Assembly (NCBI GenBank): GCA_013239625.1
Contig: MU053810.1
Coordinates: 5,986,122-6,050,121 of the forward strand
Direction of reading: 5' to 3'
DNA from: Lama guanicoe
Taxonomy: Eukaryota
Length of the DNA stretch: 64,000 bases
Shown here: one piece after another, positions 1 to 12,602 of the stretch
How the letters are laid out: every line of letters starts with the position of its first letter
Numbering within the stretch: position 1 is the first letter of the stretch
Notes under the pieces: model-generated
Seen by the model: the letters and a program-made list of their open reading frames with translations, nothing else
What the model was told of the DNA's origin: nothing
The model's database searches: none
Position numbers and translations under genes: made by a program

Positions 1-110
1 ATATATGTATATTCATGTATGACTGAAAAATTGTGCTGTACACCAGAAATTGACACAACATTGTAAACTGACTATAACTCAATAAAATTAAAAAAGAAAA
101 GAAAAAAAAG
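1..110 (+). mobile_element. LINE-1 3' end with A-rich tail
   Basis: ...tgctgtacaccagaaattgacacaacattgtaaactgactataactcaataaaattaaaaaagaaaa, a typical L1 3' terminus. Confidence 0.75.
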
Positions 111-309
111 ATAGGAAAGAATCTTTAGGTCATTTATCTCTCAGAGTGTAAACATTAAAGAAATCTGATAGGATTTGGAAAACAGAAAAGCAGCATCACC
201 TGCCGAATTCCCCCTCAATGCTGTTGAAATGTATCAGTATATGGATATTAACAAGCTTAGTGATTTCCCTAGTTAAAGCTGTCTCATGTAGAGACCAAAT
301 TCAAGAATA

Positions 310-370
310 CATCAGTACCTCCTCCAAAAATGAATAAATAAGTAAACCCTACTACCTCCCTCCCCCCCAG
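310..370 (+). mobile_element. Vic-1-like SINE, 3' half
   Basis: cagtacctcc...aataaataagtaaaccctactacctccc matches the 3' part of the other copies in this window. Confidence 0.6.
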
Positions 371-880
371 AAAAATTTAAAAATAGAACATGTCAAATAC
401 ATCAAATTCAAAAGCTTGGATTAAATGATAATTTGGATTAATGATAAGTATTAAAGGCTATTATGTCTGTTTCAGATTATTACAGCAAGTGTGTCATTTA
501 TTGATTTACAGACCTTAGAATCCTTGATTGGGAATCTGGTGTCTGAAGGTAGTTATCTCTTTCAGGTAGGAGTGATAAATTGTTCCTTGTAGAGGCTGAA
601 TATTTTATGCCCCTATTGAAGGCAATATCCAATAAATACCTACTGATGGGTCAATTTTTAAACACTTGGTTGAGTCATGTTATTATTCTTATAGTTATTG
701 TGAGTCTAAATGACTTTATGGAGAGATGAAAATATGGACTTTTAAATGATCTTTAAATTAGTTTCCTTTTCAGTCTTTGGACATTTTTCATAGTCATTAT
801 ATCAAAAGCATTTAATGTTCCTCTTGGAATGAAAAATTTGAAATATAGGGTCTTTTAGACTATTCCAAAGCAGTTGATTT

Positions 881-1000
881 AAAAACTTTTTTTGAAGGGG
901 AGGTACTTGGGTACATTTTTTAAATGGAAGTATTGGGGATTAAACCCAGGACCTCATGCATGCTAAGCATGTGCTCTACCACTGAGCTATACCCTCCCCA
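881..1000 (-). mobile_element. Vic-1-like tRNA-derived SINE with 16-bp TSD
   Basis: Reverse strand reads GGGAGGGTATAGCTCAGTGGTAGAGCACATGCTTAGCATGCATGAGGTCCTGGGTTTAATCCCC (A and B boxes). TSD CCAAAGCAGTTGATTT at 865-880 and 1001-1016. Confidence 0.9.
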
Positions 1001-1199
1001 CCAAAGCAGTTGATTTTACACTAGGTAGAGAAACAACTTGTACATAACTTCAAAAGTGTAGGGAGACATGCAAAGAAGAGTCAACGAATAAGAGATTAGG
1101 ACGCAAAAGTACTAAAGATTGTGTGTTAATTTTTATTTTTTATTTTTAAAAATTAAAACAATTTTAACTGAAGTATAGTTGATTTACAATCTTAGTTTT

Positions 1200-1702
1200 T
1201 GTCACTAAGCAAAGGGCTCATGGCTCAGAGAGCCAAACTCAATCAGTGGGAGTTTGCAGCAAAATAAGAATTCATTGTAGGGCTCTAAACAAGGGAGTGG
1301 GAGACAAGCCTTAGATCCACCCCAGCTTGGTCTTTGAGTTACAGGTGTTTTAAAGGGGAGGAACAAATAAACTGGGATTAAGCATCACATTGTGACATGG
1401 TTTAGGGAATCAGAATGTCTCCTGTTTATGATTCCCTGGCCAGGTGGTCCATGACTTGCGGGCCTGTGAGCTCACCTTGCCCTGGAGAGTTTGTACCTTA
1501 ATGATGATATCCGTAACAGCAATTTCGTATGTTAACATGGTATTAACAGCAGTAACTTTAGTCACCTGAGGGTGATTGATTAGTGTTCATTTAGCGCAGG
1601 ATTGAGAAGGGGGTGGGGGAGAAAGAAATGGAATGAAGTTTTGGATAAGAGATTAATCATAAACTCAATAAAGGACCTGGGTTTTAAAGGGACTCCATTT
1701 CA
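1200..1702 (-). mobile_element. Solo ERV LTR (~503 bp) nested in a minus-strand L1 3' fragment (~1160-1199 and 1703-1750)
   Basis: TG...CA termini with flanking gttt(t/c) duplication; the L1 tail sequence (gaagtatagttgatttacaat...ttagttt | caggtgtacaacatagtgattc) resumes after the insert. Confidence 0.7.
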
Positions 1703-2049
1703 GTTTCAGGTGTACAACATAGTGATTCAATATTTTTTATAGATTATAGATGTGTGTTTTAAAATTGTGGGTTTTTAAGGGTACAGAGCATCCTTACTCA
1801 ACTTGTACATTGCTTGGTATAGAGCTCTCAGTAACAAGTGTTAGCTCACTTTTAAGTGAACCGAGGGCGGCAGAAGTTTAAAAGTAAAGCCTGAGTTGCT
1901 TATCTCTAAAAAGACAAAGGAAGTTAAGAGTTGGAGGTTTCTATGTTGTAGTCCTTTTTAATCCTTATCAAACTATCTCTGATTCACGGGCGTTTCCTAG
2001 TTAACCAAGTTCTGCCAAGCTTCACAGCCTTCTCGGGAACAGGATTTAT

Positions 2050-3138
<1,089 letters not shown>

Positions 3139-5577
3139 TAATTGAAGGTTTGTAAATCTGCCTGCCTGTCCGTTTTCAAGTCGGGTTTTTCCCCCTTCTC
3201 ATCATTTTCACTTCCGCCCCACCGTGATATATTCTAGAGGCTGTTAGGGCGATCGTTAGTATAAAACACAGATTATTCTTAACTACTTGGAAAAATGGCT
3301 TAAATACTCTCTCTTCCCCAAAAGTTCTTGAACTGCTGGCTTCCTAAGTAACTTAAAATAGAATGGTGTAATCGCCGGTTGCTTGCTTTTTTTTTTTTTT
3401 TTTTTTTTTTTGAGATTTCTCTCCAACCTAAGTACATGGATAGAATGAATCCCAGTAAATTACGGAACAGATTTAGGCTAAGAACCGTAACGTAAAATGT
3501 TACTATAGATTTATTAGAAACTTCTTGGGACCTTATCTTGACAGATTGTTGGTTGTTTGCTTTTATATTAATGATTAAAAGTGAATTATATTGTGATAGT
3601 TTGGTTTGTAGATCTGTAACAGCGTAAACGAACAGTTTGCAGTAGAAGCAAATAAAAGTAGCAGAGTCCTTTGTATCAGTGTAATGGCACCAGAAATTCG
3701 CTTGTTAATGGTAAGACATGACCAAAATGTGCTTTGAAAGGTTAGGGTTATTGCAACTCAAAACTCAAATATTTATAGAAATGCATCCCATGTGATTATC
3801 ATTTTTAAGAACCAATCGTTTCTGTTTTGGCAAATACTTTTCCTCTATTTTTAGAAGGAGATACTGTTGCAGAATATTTTGAATATTTCTCAATTTCCAT
3901 ATTAGTAACATTGTATCTTCAGTAGCACTACTAGGAATTTATCTCATAAATTTTTTCAACCTTTTAGTTTAGGAATTCCACTGATAAACTTGTTGAATGC
4001 CTGCCGTGTCTACTGTATTACTTGCTTTTTTGCAAACTTTATATTTAGCTCTTTAAAAATATTCTATAATCTAGTAGAATTGTGGATATAGTTTTCAAAT
4101 AGAAAAGTTATCTTGTAGTTTATCGATATTAAAAAGTATGCAAGTTTTATTCAACTTCATTTGAAAAGCCTTAAAATTGAGGTGAATCTCAATTTGCTGA
4201 AGGTTTTTAAAGATTTTGAAAATCAGAGGGAGAGCACAGGAAGGTCATTTTTTAGTAGAAGTCAGCAGATAAGTACTTCAAAAGGGATGGCTTCTTTTTG
4301 TTTTGCGTGTTGGGAAATCCGACAAGTATATGGTGTGGTAACTGCTACGCGTTGGCAAATGCAAACGTGTTTTAACCTGTCTGTTGACTATTTCTTTTTC
4401 AGATAGTTGTGGGCTGTAAAGTTTTGTTTTTTTTTCCTTCCCCTGACCTCTTTCATTTTCCCCTCTTGGCACCATCATGTAACTTTGAAGCACTTTTAAA
4501 GTTCATTATATCCCTAATTAAATAAATCATGCTATTTCTCATGTAGTCCTGTAACCATGGTGCCCCAAGTTTTTTTTTTTTTTTTTCTGATGGTCCTAAA
4601 CTTGACACCAGTGAGATATTCAGGTCTTATTGGGGGTGGAGGGGAAAGATGAAATTCACACACGGCAGTGTATATCTTAGCTTTTAAACTGTGGGCTGCA
4701 TGAAGCTGGCCGCTAGCTGCCTTCCCAAGAGACTTGGACAGAGTCAGGCTCAGACAGGCTCAGAAGATGATGAGGACTTTGTAGAAGTTGATGTAGTGTT
4801 AGCTTTCTTCGTGATGTGCTGTGGTGCTGTGAAGAGGGAACAAACAGTACCAGAAATACCCATTTAGATGTCTTTTGAGATCTCTCTCTCTCCCTTCTGT
4901 GATCAGATGGGTAATAGCCAACACCCTGTGTAAACATACCTTCTGTTGGGGAAAGTATATATGGTTACTTGTGTTTTGACAATTTTTTATACCCAAGATG
5001 AGTTAAATTATTGCCTGAGTGTTTTAATCTTGAGAATTCTTTTCATTTTGTTCCTTTCCTACAATATGGAGCGACAGTTCAGGTAAGGAGTTTAGCCGGC
5101 AGGTTCTTTTGGCTGTGGTGCCATTGAGTTCTTGAGCACTTTATTAGCTCTTTTGGTCCTGTTGACTTTCATTATCAAATTGTATTATTAATAGCAAGAG
5201 AGACTTCTCAAAAGAGTCCACTATCTTAAAAAGGATAGGGTTTTTGAAATTCTTCTGGGAAAATAATACTCAAAATTAAAAGTTTTTTATATAGACATTT
5301 ATATAGACATAAAGAAAAATCTGCCTTTTTCCATCTTTAGTTTGAATTTTTCTGGTGGATGTCAAGGATGATCAGTCTTCAACTTGAACACATTTATTCA
5401 TCTGGCCAGTTCTCTTGGCTCTACCTTAGGGTCTATACTGCCTTTATCATGGAAACTATTTTGGGGAAATGGAAGGAGATCTAAGTGAAATGGAGTAGAA
5501 ACTGCTTAAGAAACGTTTCTCAGCATGCACATTGCTACATTGGGTAAGGACAGAAAAATCTTTCTTACAGCTTAACT

Positions 5578-5617
5578 TTTTTTTTTTTTAATTGAGGTGT
5601 AGTCAGTATTGTGTCAA
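5578..5617 (-). mobile_element. Ultra-short (40 nt) 5'-truncated L1 with 12-bp TSD
   Basis: Poly-T plus attgaggtgtagtcagtattgtgtcaa, flanked by TACAGCTTAACT at 5566-5577 and 5618-5629. Confidence 0.75.
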
Positions 5618-5904
5618 TACAGCTTAACTATTTAATTTAATTTTTCTGCCTGGAATTCCCCCAACAAAAGCTTTATTTGGGTTAACAAGTGAAGTCTGGG
5701 AGGATGAAAGCCCATCATCAGTGAGCTGCTTAGTTTAGCCTGCTTCCCTCCACCCACGCAGTCTATTTATGGTCATTTGCTCCTTATACCCACGTGATCT
5801 TGGAAGGCAGGTAATTTTTGAGGGGAAGTACTTTGGAGTAGGTAAAAGCTAACGTTTTTTGTACTGTACAGTTTATAAACTTTAACATTATTATAATTCT
5901 ATGA

Positions 5905-6030
5905 TTTTCTTCTTTTCTTTCTTCCTTCCTTCCTCTTTCTTTTCTTTCTTTCTTTTTCTTTCTTTCTTTCTTTTCTTTTTCTTTTTTTTTCTTTCTTTCC
6001 TCTCTTCCTCTCTTTCTTTTTCTTTCTTTC
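5905..6030 (+). repeat. (CTTT/CCTT)n pyrimidine microsatellite
   Basis: About 125 nt of pure C/T. Confidence 0.95.
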
Positions 6031-6425
6031 CAGGTAAGCAGTCTGAGGTTCAGAGACATTGACTATCTAGCCTAAAGTCCCATGTCTTGTGTGAGAGAGT
6101 GCTTGGAATCAAACCCAAATTTTCTGATTCTGAATCCTAAGTTCCTTTTAATGACTACTGAATGGGGTGCTTATTGCAACACAGAGGATAAAAAGAATGT
6201 ATGAAGAGGGTACTAGGAAAGGGAAGAGGAATATAATTGCTTCTGTTTTTTGAGTACCTACTCTGTGCTGAGAACAGTCTGTGCTGGTTGATTTGTATTA
6301 TCTTTAATCCTTACAGAAACTCTCTGTGATAGGCTGACTTCTCTTACAGATGAGGAAATTAGGACTCGGAAAAGTTAAGTGAATTTTGTTTGATGATACT
6401 GTTAGGAGTTGGCAGTCAGGATTTC
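6031..6425 (-). mobile_element. Two MIR fragments
   Basis: MIR core motifs ctgaggttcagaga and tttaatccttaca...acagatgaggaaattaggactcggaaaagttaagtga. Confidence 0.6.
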
Positions 6426-7964
6426 TCCTAAACACTGTCTCCAGACGCGGATGAGTCTAGAACGCAGACTAGTTCAGAAATGTCATGAAATAAACAGACT
6501 CTTGTGGGTCATGTCTGGGAACCTACCAACTCTTTTACTATTGTTTCTTCTGAGTTCCAAGTTGTAATGCCAGAACAGGTGTGTTTGTTATTTGGGGACT
6601 TGCCTGGATCAGTGAAAGATGGTAGCGTTGGCATTTGAAGTATTGAATTACAGGAATCATAGGCTAGTTTTTCACTAAGTTCCAGTAGATCCTTTTCCTT
6701 TTCTTTCCTGTGCATCCTTCCCTCTTTTTTCCTGTTCTTCATTAGCTTTGCAATTGTGATAAGGAAATTTGTAGAAGACTTAGTGTAAGTTAACAAAATG
6801 AAAAATGTCTTGAAATATTTTGGGTAGTTCTGATTTCCATACAAACTATGTTCAGGTGGAGACAGTCAAAATGATTGTGGATATTAGGACGGATTGGAAG
6901 TGGAAAAAATCTTAGAGTTGCACTTGGAAGTTTGAAAACAGTGGCTAGCAAAATTAGATATAGTTTGGAAATCTAAATGAATTAAAGAGTTTTAGTAATG
7001 TACAACATGGTGACTATAGTTAATAATACTGTATTGTGTAAGTGTAAAGAGAGTAGATCTTAAAATTCTCACCACAGAAAAAAAGAAAAAAACTTGCAAA
7101 TTTGTGTGGTGTAAAGATAAGACACTTGGAAGATGGCAATTACTGGATTTTGTTTTTAAAGGAAATCGCTGACCTGATCATTTTAACAGCAAACATGAAT
7201 TCCTTAGAAAGGAATCTTGAAGTTTTTTAGTATTACTAAGTAGGTACTATTAACTGATTTACTAATTTTCTTCACTTACAAAATGAACTTTTTTGAGAAA
7301 TATTTGGTAGTGAACTAGTATTTGTGGAAAAAAAATCTGAAAGCAAAACAAAGCATCCTAAGGAAAGAAAGGTAATGTGTATTTGTTATCAAATAGATTC
7401 TGATTTTGATAGGCATGTGTGCTTAGCAAGTTCAGCAGATGTTTGTGAAATTGTGATTTATGTCAACTAAAGAATGTTGGCAGTGCCATCTCAAGTATAG
7501 CTTAAAGTAAAAGGAAACTGAAAGTCTTATTTTCTTGATTTTTACCATGGTAATTAAAAACTCATTATGGAAACTTTTAAACATATTCAGAAAAAGAATA
7601 GTATAATGAACCCCCATGTGCTCATCACCCAGCTTTCACATTCATCAGCTCATGGCTAGTCTCCTTTCATCTGTATTCCTCTCATATCTCTCTACCATTA
7701 TTGTAAAGTCCATCTTTGACATACCATTTCATCCATAAATATTTTAGTACATATCGCTAAAAGATAAAAGGCTTATTAAATCCATTGCACAACTTTGTCC
7801 TGGGGAAAAAAGATAATGAATGTTATTATAATTTATTTATGACAAAAGGAGTAGACAGCTTTAAAATAGTTAATATATTTTAAATTTACAGCTAATTTTG
7901 TTAGTAATTCCTGCCAGAAGCTGATTGGAATATAGCTATATTGTTGCTTTATAATGGAGTTTTT

Positions 7965-9035
7965 AAAATGGAGCTGTAATTCACATAATATAAAACCAAC
8001 CATTAAAAAATGTACAGTTCAGTGGTATTTTATATGTTCATGGTGTTATGCAACCACCAACCACTTTGAAGTCTTCTAAAACGTTTTCATCATTCCTCAG
8101 GAAAGTCCATACCTGTTAAAGTAGTAGTTCATCCCCATCCCAACCTCCCAGTATCTGGCATCCACTAGTTTGGTTTCTGTCTGTACAAATTTATCTATTC
8201 TGTATATTTCATATGAATGGGATTGTTGCAGCAAAGTGTGTTACAGCTCAGTTGTGACAGCAACCTGGAACCAGGTGAGAGACCAAGCAGCATTTGGAGA
8301 CCTCAGGTTTATTATGCCAGTGGGCCCAGAGAGGTTAACACTCCAAGCTCTGGACCCCGTCTGTAGGTTTACACAGCCTTTTGTAGTCTGCCAGTCTAGA
8401 CTTTGCAACATTTTGTAACATCATATGCAAATAAGGTATAACAAAAATGACTAATTAGGAACAAGCTTTGTGGAAATAGACCAATCAGGAGTGAGGGAAA
8501 TGAACCAATCAGGGAGTGAGGGAAATGGACCAATTAGGAGTGAGCTCCATGCTAGTGAAGCATTACAAATGGACTAATCAGGAGTTAGCTCAGGGAACCA
8601 ATAGAATCTTAGGGATAAGTTCCGCTTTCCTGGAAGTAAGCCATTTCAGAGTTTAAAAAGCGAGATAATGCCACTGGGCCAGGGAATCAGATGGTGCCAG
8701 CAGGAGAGTAGTGGCTCTGCCTGGGGGTCCTGCCAGTCTTTTTCATGGGGCTTCCCACCTCAGGATTATACAATATGTGGTCTTTTGTGTCTCTTTCACT
8801 TATGTTAAGCATAGTATTTTCAAGGTTCATTCACTTTGTAACATGTATCAGGACTGCATTCCTTTTTATGGCTGAATAATGCTCTATATTATACCACATT
8901 CTGTTTTTTCATTCATCTACTGATGGACATTTGGATTGTTTCTACCTTTTGTCTGTTGTGACTAGTACTGCTATAAATATTCATGTACAATATTGCCTGT
9001 TTTCAGTTCTTTTGCATATGTGCATCTAGGAGTGG
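7965..9035 (-). mobile_element. Old L1M 3' fragment interrupted by an LTR
   Basis: L1MB-like 3'UTR (atttcatatgaatgggat | ggattatacaatatgtggtcttttgtg) continuous across the insert. Confidence 0.75.
8224..8762 (-). mobile_element. Solo ERV1-type LTR (539 bp) with 4-bp TSD GGAT
   Basis: TG...CA ends; GGAT at 8220-8223 and 8763-8766; minus-strand AATAAA (tttatt ~8308); internal tandem CCAAT repeats. Confidence 0.85.
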
Positions 9036-10089
9036 TTCATAATGGTATTTTGTTGTGAAATATGTAATTACCTAAGTTTGCATGGAGATAATTTTGAATT
9101 CCTACCATTGTACTGCAGTGTTAAAAGAGAACTCCAGGCATGAACATGTACTCAGAATTTTGGTGTGAATTGGGAGAACTTAAAACTTGGAGCCTAATTT
9201 TCCACTTTATATGTGAGCTTAATTTTCCCCTTGATTACCAAAGTAATATCAAATATGGTAATTGCACAAATTTTAAACTTTTTATAAATACAGTCTAGAC
9301 AGGGCAAGTCCCTTGTAATGTCACTCACATATACAGCCTTTAAAGAATATATGTAAACTTTCTACTATACAACTGGTAAACTCATATTGTTGATACTCAG
9401 AAAGTATTTCAGTCATTGTATATTTAAAAATTAGAAAAATTCTAACACTTCTGTGAGATTTTCTAATTAATAAATCAGATGTGAATTATATTCTTATTCA
9501 GAGCTTAAATATAGCATGGTATGCAAGATGTGCAGTTGGGTATTCTCAACTGCTTTTGATTGGAGCAACATTTTATTTTTTATTCTTGAAACTTAAAGGG
9601 AATAAAAAATACTATGTTAATGAAAAAGTATGTTATTGAAAAACTTTAGTTTACCTTTAAGTTAATTATTTCCTCACTTTATATTTAATTCGTATTAGCA
9701 ATTTCTACACACTGTGATTAGATTGGATTTGGTAAATTTTATTTTCCATTTTCTTGAAAGGCAAGTGTGACACTTTGTGAGAACCCTTTTTATTAGGGCC
9801 ATGGGGAATGAATGTCCTCTACTTAAACACCAGAGATGTGTGTAATGCATCATGTGGAAAAAGATACTTCTTAGTTCGGGTATTGGCAACCTAAGACTTA
9901 CAGTAACAAACACTTATTTTAAGAAGGTGGTGTAGTGGTAAGGGTGGATTAGTGCCATTTAAACATCATGGTTACCACTCAAAAGTGAGCCCTCGATATA
10001 ACCCAGCAATCCCACTACGTTTTCCATGTCAGTTTACATTATAAACTGTTTAAAATTTTCTCTTTTAAAATCTCTTTCCTTTCTCATCT

Positions 10090-11190
10090 TTTGTTTCATA
10101 GAGAAAATAGACCTCGTTCTATGAGATACACACTTTCTTACCACTACATTTCCGAGCCTGCTGGTGTCCTTGTCCATCCTGTTCTGCTTCTTCCTTGTCG
10201 TGGAGGAGAGGTGTCCTCCCTCCTAGCTGAGGTCAGTCCTTATCTTTGCTCTGGGTCCCATCCTCTCGTGCATTTTCAGAAGCCTTATACTTTTTATATC
10301 TTTATGCCTTCTCTCTTTACTGAATTTCTGCAGTCAGCATCGAAACATCTCCAGCCTCTCTAGCAGTGTTCAGTTCTCATCTTGCTTATTTTCTTAGCAT
10401 CACTTCACACAATTGACTGGTCCCTCTTTTTTTTGAAAAACTAATTCTTTGGCTTCTGTGAGGACGTTCTTTCCTACTTTTCCTGTTACTTTACCTTATT
10501 AAAGTGGCTTTGTATGAGCTCCTTTCTACACCTTCTACACCTACCACCTTGGACTGTTCTTAGTTATTCCCATCGGAATGATCTCTTTTCTACTGAAGTT
10601 TAGATCCATGTATCTGCTTGTTTGAGTCACGGGTACCTCACACTTGAGAGACTGGAAACTGAACTCATCACCTTTCCCCAGCCTCTTCTACTGCTTCGCT
10701 GGAAACCTGGGCATCATTCTTGGCTTCTCTCTTATTCTTCCCTGGTAGCTCCCTCCTCAGCCACTGCTACTGCTTCATTGGTAGCAGGTCCTGCTGATTC
10801 TTCTTCTTAAATAGCTCTTCAATCTGTCTAGTCTTTCGCCACTTTACTACCCCAGCGTAAAGCTTAGACATCTCCTATAGTGTCTGACTGTCTTCCTGCT
10901 TTCAACACGTATCCCCTCTGATCGCATCCCCGTCATCCACACTGTGGCTTGAGTGGCACTCTCAAAACAGAAATCTGGTCACGTCACTCCCCTGCATAAA
11001 AGTTCTTCAGTGAGTCCTCATACACATGCAGCCCCATGGTGGGCCTGGGGGGCCATGTGTGGGACAGCTCCTGTCTTTCTAGTCCTGCTGCATTCATCCC
11101 ACTGCCCTCGTCTTACCAGTCATATTGGCATTTCAGTTTTTGACATTTCATTATTTTCTTCTTTGGCAGATGTTGTTCTCTGACTAGAAA
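10090..11190 (+). mobile_element. LINE-2 fragment (degenerate)
   Basis: L2-like motifs aaactgaactcatcacctttcccc and aaaacagaaatctggtcacgtcactcccctgcataaaa. Confidence 0.55.
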
Positions 11191-12213
11191 ACTTGTTCCT
11201 CTTGGTCTGAATATTACCCATGTATCAGGTCTTGTAGTTCAGGTGAAAAATTCCTGTATTTGTTGATTTTTTATTTGATCAAAATCCTGAGTACCTCTTA
11301 GGTGTCAGGTACTACCCTGGTACCACAGATACAGCAGTGAGTAGGGCAAAGTCTGTACCTTTAGGAGGTTTTCATTATTGAGAGGAGGTGACAGATAATA
11401 AACACCAAAAAAAAAAAAAAAGACTTTCACATAGGGAGAAGTGCTGCTTAGAAAATTAAATAGGGTGACAGGACACAGAAAACTGGGGTTGGGAAGGAGG
11501 ACTTCTTTAGCCGGGGAAGTTAGGAAGTGAAGCTCTGTGGAGGTGACATTTGACTTGAGACCAGAAGGGTAGATAGGGCATATTCCATGTGAAGATCTAA
11601 GGAAAAGGCAAGTGCAGAGGCTCTGACGTGGGGAAAATCTTCCTAAGGGCAGTTAGTGAGAGGGAGACTGGTAGGGGAGAGGTCAGAGAGGTTGTCAGGG
11701 GCCAGAGCATGTAGGGCCTCGAAGGTCTTGAAAAGTGGTTGGATTTTATTCCCAGTGTAATGGGGTGATCATTAGAGTACTTGATTGATATTAAAAAAAA
11801 TACCACTCAGGCTACTGAGTGGCAAACATGTTGAAGGGAAGACGAGCAGAATTAGCAGCAGGGAGGGTATTGTAGTGGTCCAGGCAGGGAATGAGAACTG
11901 CTTGTACAATGTGAGGAATTGAGGGGAGAGGTCGGATATTTATTTTTTAAGGCAAAGCTGAGCAAGACTTAACTTGTGGATTGGATATGGGATGTGAGGG
12001 AAAGGGGAATCTAAGGATGGCTCCTAACTTAGCTTGTTTTCCTCACTGTGTTAGTGGATGGTAGCACCTGGGTGAGGAAATGGAGAGGACCATTGTGGAT
12101 GTCAAGTCCATGTCAGATTAGACAACGAAATAGATGGGCCAGACAGTCATCCTGGAATTTAGGAAAGAGTCAGAATTCGGAGATCAATGTTTAGGAGTCA
12201 TCACACAATAGAT

Positions 12214-12602
12214 TAGCACTGTCTAATAGACATATAATGTGGGGGGGAGGGTATAGCTCAAGTCGTAGAGTGCATGCTTAGCATGTATGAGATCCTGGGT
12301 TCAATCCCCAGTACTTCTTCTAAGAATAAATAAATAAGTAAACCTAATTACCTCCCCCACCACAAAAAAAAGTGAGCCGTATATCTAATGTAAAATGTTT
12401 GTAATAGCCACATTAAAAAAAGTATGAGGAAATAGGTTGAAATTAACTCTAATTAAACATTTTATTTAACCCAGTGTATCCAACATATAATTATTTCAGT
12501 AGGTAATCAACATAGTTTGTTAGTGAGATATTTTACATTCTTTTTTACATACTAAGTCTTTGGAATCTGAAGTGTATTTTATACTTGGAGCACATCTTAG
12601 TT
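12214..12602 (+). mobile_element. MER33-like hAT-Charlie MITE split by a SINE
   Basis: ctgtctaatagacatataatgt | gagcc...tagccacattaaaaaaag...tttatttaacccag...actaagtctttggaatc...gcacatct matches recalled MER33. Confidence 0.7.
12241..12370 (+). mobile_element. Vic-1-like SINE
   Basis: GGGGAGGGTATAGCTCAAGTCGTAGAGTGCATGCTTAGCATG...GGTTCAATCCCCAG...AAACCTAATTACCTCCCCC plus A tail. Confidence 0.9.

Noticed and set aside
5784..6059. K/E/R-rich 91-aa ORF on the minus strand
   Set aside because: Translation of the (CTTT)n microsatellite.
8472..8605. CRISPR-like short repeats
   Set aside because: Head-to-tail LTR enhancer repeats without unique spacers or cas genes, in mammalian DNA.
12241..12315. 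tRNA gene calls for the SINE heads
   Set aside because: They continue into a SINE-specific tail with A-rich ends and TSDs, and the copies are diverged; retroposed SINEs, not tRNA genes.
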